Positions 49,377 through 58,885 of a stretch of 64,000 nt of DNA are shown here, piece by piece. Position 1 is the stretch's first letter. Each line of letters opens with the position of its first letter. Made by a program: the position numbers and the translations under genes. Under the pieces are notes generated by a model. It was not told the DNA's origin. It worked only from the letters and a program-made list of their open reading frames with translations, and did not search any database. Source of the stretch: Candidatus Eiseniibacteriota bacterium (GTDB lineage: Bacteria > Eisenbacteria > RBG-16-71-46 > CAIMUX01 > VGJL01); the NCBI GenBank assembly GCA_963792585.1, contig CAWBWI010000001.1, positions 736,001 to 800,000 of the forward strand, read 5' to 3'.

Positions 49377-50231
49377 ATGAGACCGATGGTGCGACTGCTC
49401 TTGTTCCTGTTGCTTGCGTCATTCCTGCCGTGCGCGATCGGCCGGGCGACTCCGGATGCGCCCACCAAGGAGGAGATCGCCTGGGCCAGCAGCTTCGAGG
49501 CGGCTCTCGAGGAGGCGCAGATCGAGGGTCGGATCGTGATGGTCGATTTCTTCACGACCTGGTGCGGCTGGTGCCGCAGACTCGACGCCGACACATACTC
49601 CCACCCTGAGATCGTCCGTCGGAGCCGCGCCATGGTGTGCGTCAAGGTCAATGCGGAGGTCCGCAAGGATATCGCAAGCCGCTACGCGGTGCGCGCGTTT
49701 CCGACGATCACATTCCTTCAAGGAGACGGAACGCTGATCGACGCGGTCCGCGGGTACAGCCCGCCGGAGAAGTTCGGCCCGATCCTGGACAAGTATCTGG
49801 ATCGTCGCGGCGCGGAATTCACCCTCACCCAGAGGCTCAGGGATCACCCGGAACTTGCGGACGTGCGGTACGATCTGGCCCGCCTCCATCTTCGGAACGG
49901 CGACGCCGCCCGAGCCCTCGCCGAGCTCGATACCCTTGCCCACGCGTCCGACGGACTCCCGGAAGAGCGCGCCTGGGAGATTCGGTTGGATTTCGGCAAA
50001 GCCCTTCTGGGTGCCGACAGGCCGAAGGACGCGGGCAAGGAACTGGAGGCGTTCGTCAAGAAACAGAAGAAATCGCCACGGTACGCGGAGGCCGTCTACT
50101 TCCTTGCCGAGGCGAAACTGGCCCAAGGCGAGCGGAAGGATGCGCGGAAGTGGTTTCGGAAGCTCCTCGACGTGAAGCCGTCGGGTTGGCTCGCCGAGAA
50201 ATCGCGGGCCCGTTTGGAAGAGCTCGGATGA
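49377..50231 (+). CDS. Exported thioredoxin-fold protein with C-terminal TPR
   Basis: Signal peptide, WCGWC active site, AFPT cis-Pro, TPR helices. Confidence 0.88.
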   Translation: MRPMVRLLLFLLLASFLPCAIGRATPDAPTKEEIAWASSFEAALEEAQIEGRIVMVDFFTTWCGWCRRLDADTYSHPEIVRRSRAMVCVKVNAEVRKDIASRYAVRAFPTITFLQGDGTLIDAVRGYSPPEKFGPILDKYLDRRGAEFTLTQRLRDHPELADVRYDLARLHLRNGDAARALAELDTLAHASDGLPEERAWEIRLDFGKALLGADRPKDAGKELEAFVKKQKKSPRYAEAVYFLAEAKLAQGERKDARKWFRKLLDVKPSGWLAEKSRARLEELG

Positions 50232-50248
50232 CCTTTCGGGGGGAAAAT

Positions 50249-50287
50249 GAACCGGGCCCCAAGGGCACGTGGCCGGGGGTCCGGTTC
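50249..50287. terminator. Hairpin after thioredoxin gene
   Basis: GAACCGGGCCCC...GGGGTCCGGTTC. Confidence 0.5.
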
Positions 50288-50703
50288 TGCGCCGGTCGAG
50301 CGACCAGCCTTGCGCTCAGAGACCCCTCCGCGGTGCCGTGCCTGAAGACCTTCAAACGGAGCCCCTACATTGAGCGTGTGGTCCGCGATCTCAGGACAGC
50401 TCACATCCACTGCAGATTCGTCTCTGATATCGAAGGCGAGGCTGTTGCACGCCATTCCGTCCACTCTCTCGCCTTCGTCGGAGGAGAGATGCATGTCCCG
50501 TGCCCAGGAGCGAAGGTGCGGCGCTTCGCACGAGAAAAGCGCGATCTTGGTGCGGCGCAACATGGTGCCGTGCGCAACGAAGTTCGGTGTTTCGGGAACG
50601 GTGGGGGAGGGTTCGATGAAGCATGCTGAATTGCAGGAAGAATGCGTGCGTCCCGCACGACTGGGCAGAGCCGGCATCGCTGGTAGGTTACATAATGTAT
50701 CTT

Positions 50704-53393
50704 ATGCGACATTTGCCATTCCGGCATGTCTCCATCGTTTGCTGCCCTTCTTCGTGGCGGCCGCCTGCTTTGGGGTCCCTCGGCCCTCCCTTGCCTCGAT
50801 CCAGGAGCCCGTCTGGGGTTACCTGGACAATGGAATGGCCTATGTCCTCCTCGAGTCCCACGCCGCGCCCCTGATCGGCAGTTCCGTCATCGTCCACTCC
50901 GGTTCGGCCCGCGAGGACATGGCGACCAGCGGCGCGAGCCACTTCCTCGAGCACCTGCTCTTCAACGGGACGACGACGCGCACCCAGGAGCAGCTATACG
51001 ACGAAGTGGACGCGATCGGCGGGTACAACAACGCGACCACGCGAAAGACACACGTCGCATACATGATGGTGACCCCGGCCGAGAAGATCCGCACCGGCAT
51101 GGAGATCCAGGCCGACATGCTCTTCCACTCGACCATCGACCCGGCGAAAGTCGAGAAGGAACGCGGCATCATTCTCGCCGAAATGGCCAAGGACCAGGAC
51201 TCCGGGACCTTCGAGCAGGAACGCACCCTGGACCTCGCCGTCTTCGGCCCCGCGGGGCCCGGCCTGCCCACCCTCGGAAGCGTCCAATCGCTCAAGAGCA
51301 TCAGCCGCGCGACTATCTTTGACTTCTACAAGCGGCTCTACACGCCGCAAAACATGACCCTGGTCGTCGTTGGCGACTTCGCCTCAGGTGAGATGGAGGG
51401 TGAGATCCGGCAGGTCTTCGGCGCCGAACCTCCCGGGCCGACTCCCCCTGCCTCCTCGTATCCGGAGCCCCACTGGGATCCGAATCCGGCCCTGATCCCG
51501 ACCTCCGGCGACGCACTCGTCCTCGAGGGGACCTGGCGGGCCCCGAATCCCACGGAGCCGGCCTTCCTCGCCACGCAGTGCGTGAACGACCTGCTCACAG
51601 GCGATGAGTCCGCCCCCTTGAACAAGGCGCTGCGCGATCGATTCGGCGGACAAGATCCGGTCCGCGGGCGGCCGCCTCGACTTGGTGCCCGGGTGAGGCC
51701 TTCTTCCGCTACCGAATCGAGGCCGACCCTACCCTCGATTGGCGCGAGCTGCACGCAGGGACTCCCGGGGATCATTCACGCGGTCCGGGTAGCCCCCCGA
51801 CCCGCCGACGTCGAAGCATGGAAGGTCTCGACGCGAAACGCAGGAGTACTACCTCCGGGAGCGTCCCCACTACTACGCGATCATGGCCGGTGAGGGCATT
51901 GCGTCGCAGGGCGTCGAATCGATGCTCGGACTCCCCCGCCGCCTGTCCGCTCTCACATCGGCGGACATTCTGGCCGCGACCGAAAGGTGGATGCAGGGCC
52001 CGAGTCGAACGGTGGTCCTCTTACCGCAGGCGGGCGCCGCGGCGCCGGAGGTCGCGGAACAGGCCCGTCGCAAAGAGCCTCCGCCGCACACCTCCCGAAC
52101 GGACTCGATCTCCTCGTCCTATCGAGTCCGGAGAGCCCCGTCCTCGCACTGCACCTCTTCGTGCAGGGCCGGTCCCAGATCGAGCCGGTCGGGCTCGACG
52201 GCGCGTCGAACTGCCTCCAGCGGCTTCTCCCGGTGCGCACGGCCCGTCGGATCCGGCGACGCTCACGCGGCGGCTTCGCGCCATCGGCGCTGAGTTGAAG
52301 ACCGCCGATGATCCGAACATCCCCTATGACGACTTCTACTCGACGAGCTCCTTCAGCTTCGTTCGCTTGCAGACTCTGGATCGATACGCGCCCGACGCCT
52401 TCGGCCTCCTCCAGGAGATGCTCACCCGGCACGGGCTGGACGGATGCCGATTTCGCCGAGACGCAGAAGGCGATGCTCGCCTCCGCGGAACGAGCAGCGG
52501 CAGGCTCCAGTGCGACCGCGCGCGGCATGGTCCGCGAGACGCTCTATCCCGGCCTGCCCCGCGCACGGGCGGTCTTCGGGACACCGGCCACGCTGAAGGC
52601 GCTCACGGCATCGGCCCTACGCGATCTCTCCGCCCGCTACTACATCGGCAAGCGAATGCTACTCGTCGTCGGCCACGAGCCTGCCCCCGGAGGAGATCGC
52701 CGCAATCGCGACGCGCACGGTGGGAGTCATCCCCGCCGGCGAGACTCCCCCGCCTGCCCCGGGCGCCCCGAACATCGAGGCGACCCTTCGTTCGAATCTC
52801 GCTGCGAGCGATCCCGCTCCCGGCGGAGTTCCCGGGCTTCGCCCTTCCCGATTCGTCGCTGCTGCGTGCCAAGAAAGTCGGTGCGCGGCAAGCGGCCATC
52901 ACCTGGGTCCGCTCCCTTGGGCGTGTTCCGGCCGACGCGATGCCCGATCTCGAGGTCTGGAATGCGGCCCTGTCGAGCAGGATCCAGTTCCAGCTTCGGG
53001 AGCGCGAAGGGCTCGCCTACTCGATCGGCTCGTCCGTGGAGCGACTCGACAACGGGACCCTCCTCTGGGTCGCTTCCGCCGGAACCGCCGTGGCCAGCGT
53101 CCCCCGGATTCTCGCAGGGTTTTCAGGAGGAGCTTCGGAGGGCATTGGCCCATGCGCCGGACAGCGTCGAGGTGAGCAAGCAGGGGATGCAGATCTACGG
53201 CCGCTCGCTCATGCGGCGCGCGACGCGCATGAACCGGGCCTATGCCGCAGGGCTCGCCGTCATCGACGGTCGGGATCCCGCCGGGATCGACGATGAGATC
53301 CGCGCGCCGATGAAGGTGACCTCGGATGCGATCGCCGGCACGATCCGTTCGCTGGGGAGTGCGGGGCCGGGGCTGGTGACGATCGTCTACTGA
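50704..53393 (+). CDS. M16 family (pitrilysin-like) zinc peptidase, several frameshifts, start approximate
   Basis: LDNG, SGASHFLEHLLFNGT (HxxEH), YTPQNMTLVVVGDF, second half LPNGL and LREREGLAYS in shifted frames. Confidence 0.85.
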
Positions 53394-53412
53394 TCGTTCC
53401 GACGAAATAACA

Positions 53413-53440
53413 GAGGGGAGAAGGTCACCCTTCTCCCCTC
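53413..53440. terminator. Terminator between convergent genes
   Basis: Perfect 12-bp stem GAGGGGAGAAGG-tcac-CCTTCTCCCCTC; T-rich tail on minus strand. Confidence 0.75.
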
Positions 53441-53464
53441 GCGCGGTCGCCCGGATCCTTTGTA

Positions 53465-54142
53465 TCAGGAACCCAGATGGGCGCGCGTGATCTCGATTCC
53501 CTCGCGTGCGTCGCGGGCGCGAGGACTGTCGCTGAAGTCCTCGATCACCCTTTGGAAGGCGCTCCTCGCTTCCGTCCATTTTCCGGCATCCGCGTACGCG
53601 TACCCTGCGCTGACGAGGTCGTCCGCCCGTAGCGGCGATCCCTCGATCGCGGCGGCTTCGAGATAGGACTTGGCCGCCTGCTCATGCTGTCCCATCGAAT
53701 CGAGGACCGCGGCGAGACCCCGGACGCCGGAGGCCTTCAGGAGGCCGTCGTTTGGGGGCGAGGCGAGGAACTTCTCATAGAGGCTCTTGGCGTCGGCCGC
53801 GTTCCCCAGTTCCGCCTGGGCGTCGGCCGCGCGGAGCAGGCCGATCTTCCCATTCGTCGAGCCCTTCTGACCCTCATAGGCCTGCTTGAACTTCGCAAGG
53901 GCGTCCGTCAGGTTTCCCTGCTGATACTGGGCCTCGCCGTCCATGACGAGAACCGCGGCCCGTTGCTCGCCGCGCGCCCCCATCCGGCGGAAGACCTGGG
54001 ATCCCACGGCCGCCGCGATCGCCAGAAGCAGGACGATCAGGAGGATGAACCCCCGCTCGTCGATGAACTTCTTCACCTTGTTGAGCCCCTCGAGAACCGG
54101 ATCCTCGCGGAGTTCCTCTTTCGTCATCTTGCCTTCGGTCAA
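53465..54142 (-). CDS. YfgM-like membrane-anchored TPR protein
   Basis: GAGGAG RBS before TTG; KEELRED motif, single TM, TPR repeats. Confidence 0.78.
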   Translation of the reverse strand: MTEGKMTKEELREDPVLEGLNKVKKFIDERGFILLIVLLLAIAAAVGSQVFRRMGARGEQRAAVLVMDGEAQYQQGNLTDALAKFKQAYEGQKGSTNGKIGLLRAADAQAELGNAADAKSLYEKFLASPPNDGLLKASGVRGLAAVLDSMGQHEQAAKSYLEAAAIEGSPLRADDLVSAGYAYADAGKWTEARSAFQRVIEDFSDSPRARDAREGIEITRAHLGS

Positions 54143-55305
54143 CCCATTCCCTCCTCGCCGGAAACCACAAGCTTCGAAATTACCCTGCCGGGGCGCCCTC
54201 GGGTCAAGGGGGGTCCATCGGTTTCCCCGCCGCCGCGCACCTTCCAGGCCACCTTCCCCTCGCAATCGGCACAGACCCATCCCCCCTCCCCATCCGGCCG
54301 GGGAGCCTCGAGCGGGGTCAGACCGCAGGAGACGCAGAAGGCGGGAAGCAGGGTCCGGGTTGCTTCATCCCAGACCCTCACGGGGGCCGACTTCACGCTC
54401 GCCTTCGAGGTCCCCTTGGATGCCTTGGGGCCGACGAAGTGGTAGGCCTGGCGTGGGAACATCTGGACTCCGACGGCCACGAGACGCGCATTGACCTGGG
54501 GAGTCCAGAAGACGCCGGCCTCCTCGATCCGCCTCTTCCACTCCAGCTGCAGAAATCGGATCCTCTCCTCGCGTTCCTCGAGACGGGTGCTCCACCGCCG
54601 GCTCTGATTGCGCGCCTCCTCGATCAACTGCTCGTAGTAGCCGCGGATCGACTCCGTCTCCTCGTCGAGACGCTCCTTGCAGGATTGCTCGACCTTCTTG
54701 ATTCGGCGGCGCATCCGCCGTTCCAGCGCCCGCACTCCCGCATCCATGGCCCACTCGGGAATCGGGACGGCTGGAATCACCGCTCGGCCCTTTCGCGGCT
54801 CCATTTCGAGGCCGCCCCAGAGTTCCGTCAGGTCCGCCGTCTGCGCCCAGACGTCCAGGCTGCCGCTGTCGACGCTCACGACCTCCATCTCGTCCGCCGC
54901 CTCGATCGAGGGATAGGTGATCGTGAAGACGAAATGGTAGACGGCCTGGTAGACCGGCTCCGGCTTGGCGGCGGTCAGATCGCCGACGGGCGGGATCTTC
55001 TCGGCCGCGGGGGGCTTGACGCTGCCGCTCGGCGGTTTGACATAGCCGACACCGATCCGCCCTTCCTCGCGAGCGACGCCCAGGAGTCGATCGAAGACCG
55101 GATTGCCCACGACGGCGAGTTCCGCCCGAGGATGCTTTGCCATCGCCTTGCGGCTGAACGAGAAGATCAACTCGCTCTTGCCGAAACGCTCGCGCAGGTC
55201 TTTGGGGACGGTCAGCTGCCAGACGTCGGGCTCGAGAAGCTCCGGCTGCAGCCCGCGAGCGCCAAGCCACTCCCGCAGGAAGGTCTGGAGGGCGGCGGCT
55301 TTCAT
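54139..55305 (-). CDS. YqhG-like protein with coiled coil and C-terminal zinc ribbon
   Basis: GGAGG RBS and ATGA overlap with helicase stop; RLDEETESIRGYYEQL; CVSC...CADC. Confidence 0.65.
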   Translation of the reverse strand: MKAAALQTFLREWLGARGLQPELLEPDVWQLTVPKDLRERFGKSELIFSFSRKAMAKHPRAELAVVGNPVFDRLLGVAREEGRIGVGYVKPPSGSVKPPAAEKIPPVGDLTAAKPEPVYQAVYHFVFTITYPSIEAADEMEVVSVDSGSLDVWAQTADLTELWGGLEMEPRKGRAVIPAVPIPEWAMDAGVRALERRMRRRIKKVEQSCKERLDEETESIRGYYEQLIEEARNQSRRWSTRLEEREERIRFLQLEWKRRIEEAGVFWTPQVNARLVAVGVQMFPRQAYHFVGPKASKGTSKASVKSAPVRVWDEATRTLLPAFCVSCGLTPLEAPRPDGEGGWVCADCEGKVAWKVRGGGETDGPPLTRGRPGRVISKLVVSGEEGMG

Positions 55306-57282
55306 GGGGTCGCCTCCGAGTGCGGGGAAAGTTCCTCGAAGAGCACGTGGTCGTACTCCTTGACCTTCTCGTACCGCTTGCGCGCGAGCAGCAAGATCCT
55401 CACCGAACTTCCCGAAGGCCTCTTCGAGATCACGCCGGTTGCGGTGGCTCGCCCAGATCTGGAAGACCCTCTGCTCGAAGCTCTCCCGCTCGCTCCACTG
55501 GCCGAGGACCATGTCCATTTCGCCGATGACCATCTCGAACATGTTGATCTTCCGGTGCAGGATCGAGAGAACGTAGTCCTCCACGGTGTCGCGCGCGGTG
55601 AAGTTGTGGATGCGGATGTCGCGCGTCTGCCCGAGCCGATGGATACGGCCGATTCGTTGCTCGATGCGCATCGGGTTCCACGGCAGGTCATAGTTGACCA
55701 CGGTGTTGCAGAACTGGAGGTTCCGCCCCTCTCCACCGGCCTCGGTGCTGATCAGGATTCGCGTCTTCCCGCGGAAGGCCTCCACTGCGGCGTCCTTTTC
55801 CTTCGTGGTGAGGGAACCGTGGAAGATCGCCGGGATCTCCCCGTGCTCGCGGATCCCCTCCTCGAGATACTCGAGCGTGCGCCGGAACTGCGTGAAGATC
55901 AGGATCTTCTCCTGGTCGCGATCGACGATCTTCAGCAGACCTTCGAGCTTGCGGCTGGTTTTCACGTCGCGCGCCATCTCGACGAGCCGGATCAGGCGCT
56001 TGGCCTGGCCTCCCTTGCGGAAGACGCGCAGGGAACGCTCGAGCGTCTTCTGTGCCGCGTAGTGGCTGCTCCCCATCTCCTTCTGCAGAACCAGGAGAAG
56101 GAAATGCCAGCGCGAGTACTCCTCCGGCTCGCTCTCGGCGACGACGTCGTGGACGAAGGCCGAAACGCCGTCGTAGAGCCGCCTTTCCTCCGGGCTCAAG
56201 TCGAACGTCTCGATGTTCACCTCGCGCTGCGGGAACTTCAAAGAAGTCGAACTTCGCGTGGTGCGGATCATCACCTCGCTGAGCATGTTCGAGAGCTTCC
56301 GCGTGTTCTTGGGCAGGCGCTTGTCGCCGCGGACCATGAACTCCTTGCGGAACGCGCGGTAGGTGCCGAGCACCCCGGGCTTGAGCAGCGTGACCAGGTT
56401 GTAGAGCTCCCGCATGTCGTTCTGCACCGGCGTGGCGGTGAGCAGCAGCAGGTATTTCAGCGAGAGCGCATCCACGAACTTCCATCCTTGCGTGAGGTGG
56501 TTGCGAAGTCGATGCGCTTCGTCGACGACCAGGATGTCGAAGTCCTGCTTTCCGATCTCCTCCCGGTTCCGTTCCGTCTTGGCCGTATCGAGAGAGGCGA
56601 TCATCAGCGGATGGGCGCCCCAGTCCTCCCCGCGCGCGCGAATCGCGAACGGCAGGTCGAACTTGTGCGTCAGTTCCTCGCGCCACTGTGTGAGGAGGGA
56701 CACGGGGGCGAGCACCAAGGCGCGCCGGACGAGCCCGCGCAGGACATACTCCTTGAGGATCAGACCCGCCTCGATGGTCTTTCCGAGTCCGACCTCGTCG
56801 GCCAGAAGGGCGCGCCCGCGCATCTGGCGAAGCACTCTGAGGACTGCGCGAATCTGGAAGTCGTAACGCTCCAGGTCGCGGACCCCGTTCAGGCAAAGAA
56901 GGCTCTCGAATCCGCGGGTCAGGGCGAGTCGTTCCGCGTTGAGGTGCAGCAGGAATCCGGCCGATCCGTTGCGCGGCGGGTGCTCGATGCTGCGGAAGAG
57001 CGTGAGGGAATCGGCGTCGACCGAGAGAGCGCCCTTCTCCTCCGCAACGACGAGGTGGAGGTCCGGCGCGGCGCCCGCCGTGTCGCCCGTTGGCTCCGTA
57101 GGGACGACGTCGGGTGCTTTCACCCCGACGCGCGGGTGATTCGAGTTCAGTCGGCGCACGCCGTCCGCGAAGGCCACCTCGAGAATGTCGAAGAAGGCTC
57201 TCGGCTTAACGCCGACCACCATCCCCTCGCCGTAGTCGGCGTGGTAGATCGTGTCCCCCACGGCAAACCTTCGCACCGACAC
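55302..57282 (-). CDS. SNF2-family helicase (YqhH-like), one frameshift near 55392
   Basis: LADEVGLGKT, VVDEAH, LTATP, STEAGGEGRNLQ, YDLPWNPMRIEQRIGRIHRLGQ; true C-terminus LARKRYEKVKEYDHVLFEE lies in a shifted frame. Confidence 0.9.
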
Positions 57283-57293
57283 GTGACTCCTCC

Positions 57294-57965
57294 CTAGATT
57301 ACATAAAAGTGGACCCCCAGCGCGGGCTGGAGCGCCACATTCGTCGCATTGCTGCCCTTCATGGCGAACGCACGGCCGCTAAGATCGACGCTGAACGACC
57401 GCGTGACGAAGTACTCTACACCAACGGCGCCCCCGTAAAGGAGTCGATACTCCTTTGTCTGGATGTCGCTCTTCTTGAACCGCAGTTCCTGCTGTTGGAT
57501 CCCCACAAAGGGCGCTACATAATAGCTCACCTGCAGACGCCTGCGAAAGTAGAGATAATAGTCCGCGTGCACCGTCGTGAATTTCAGCCAGCCGGGCAAA
57601 GACTGGCGTTGGGGCCCGTTGTATCCGGTCTTCCGCTGGTAGCGGATGTCGTCGAAACCGAACCCCAGCGCGTGGCTTCGGTCCAAGACGAAGCGAACCC
57701 CGAAGTGGAGCGACGGTCCAGAGGAGTTGAAGACGTCGGTCATCTTGAACTCGGCGGGCCCGGCCGTCCCATCTCCAAACGGCCAGTCCAGGACACGGAA
57801 CCGCTCTCCCGACAGCAACCTGCCGTAACCGAACTGCCCGCCGAAGCTCGGCGTGCTGGTCCGGTGCTCGTATGCATGGGCGGGCGCTGAAAACAGGAGC
57901 GTCCCCAGGACGAGAGCGGAGACCGCGCGCAGCCTCGGATGATCACCCTTCGGGATCGAGATCAT
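57294..57965 (-). CDS. Outer-membrane beta-barrel protein
   Basis: Signal peptide AHA, alternating strands, GVEYFVTRSFSVD, C-terminal GVHFY. Confidence 0.72.
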   Translation of the reverse strand: MISIPKGDHPRLRAVSALVLGTLLFSAPAHAYEHRTSTPSFGGQFGYGRLLSGERFRVLDWPFGDGTAGPAEFKMTDVFNSSGPSLHFGVRFVLDRSHALGFGFDDIRYQRKTGYNGPQRQSLPGWLKFTTVHADYYLYFRRRLQVSYYVAPFVGIQQQELRFKKSDIQTKEYRLLYGGAVGVEYFVTRSFSVDLSGRAFAMKGSNATNVALQPALGVHFYVI

Positions 57966-57973
57966 GGCACCTC

Positions 57974-58885
57974 CTAAATGCTTCCCCCACCCCGAGGGTG
58001 AAAGCGACGGTGGACTTTGCGCAATGTGGCCTGATCGACCGCCGTGTATATCTCCGTCGTCGTCAGCGACCGATGGCCGAGGAGTTCCTGCACGATCCGC
58101 AGCGAGGCTCCCTCCTCAAGCATATGCGTCGCGAAGGTGTGACGCAGCAAATGCGGATGGAGACGGGACGGATCGAGCCCCGCGGCCGCCCCCCTCTTGC
58201 GGAGAATCCGGAAGAATCCCATTCGGGAGAGGGCCCCTCCCCGCCGGTTGACGAAGAGGCGCGAACTCCTGCCGTCCGCGGACAACAGGGGCCGCCCGCG
58301 CGCGAGGTAGGATCGAACGGCGTCGCATGCCGGCCGCCCCAAGGGCACGATCCTCTCCCGATCTCCCTTGCCCCGAACCCGGATCCATCGGTTCTCGAGA
58401 TCGATCTGTTCCGCGCCCAAACCGACGAGTTCCGAGGCGCGCAATCCCGCCCCATAGGCGACCTCGAGAAGGGCCCGATCCCGAAGGTCGAGCGGCCCTT
58501 CTCCGATGGTGGCCGACAGGATCCTGTCCACGTCTTCACGCCCCAGGCTGTGCGGAAGGCTGCGCGCCGAACGGGGCCCCTCCAGCTCGCGAGAGGGATC
58601 GGACCCGATCCACCCCTCCCGCATCATGTGGCGGTAGAAACCCCGGAGCGTGGAGCGATAGCGCTGTAGGCTGCGGCGCGCCCTGCCGGCTCGATGCAGG
58701 CGCTCCATGTCGGCCCGCAGGAGATCAGTGTCCACCGCACCGAAGTCCGCCACGGAGCGGGCCTGGAGAAAGGCGATGTGCTGGATCAGGTCGCTTCGGT
58801 AGGAGGTCACGCTTCGCTGCGAGAGGCGTCGCTCGAGGCGAAGGTGGTCGAGATAGGCATCGACCATCTCTTCCCCGCCCTTCAC
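57974..58885 (-). CDS. xerD: Site-specific tyrosine recombinase XerD
   Basis: LRDRALLEVAYGAGLRASEL, GKGDRERIVP, HPHLLRHTFATHML, VQELLGH..L.TTEIY. Confidence 0.88.
   Translation of the reverse strand: MKGGEEMVDAYLDHLRLERRLSQRSVTSYRSDLIQHIAFLQARSVADFGAVDTDLLRADMERLHRAGRARRSLQRYRSTLRGFYRHMMREGWIGSDPSRELEGPRSARSLPHSLGREDVDRILSATIGEGPLDLRDRALLEVAYGAGLRASELVGLGAEQIDLENRWIRVRGKGDRERIVPLGRPACDAVRSYLARGRPLLSADGRSSRLFVNRRGGALSRMGFFRILRKRGAAAGLDPSRLHPHLLRHTFATHMLEEGASLRIVQELLGHRSLTTTEIYTAVDQATLRKVHRRFHPRGGGSI

Noticed and set aside
54139..57282. 1047-aa giant SNF2 protein
   Set aside because: Better explained as two genes joined by an indel near 55392, with an RBS and ATGA overlap at 55302-55305
57974..58885. 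Tyrosine recombinase near tRNAs as prophage or island integrase
   Set aside because: XerD-like size and motifs, overlaps uvrC, and no duplicated tRNA 3' end or phage genes were seen
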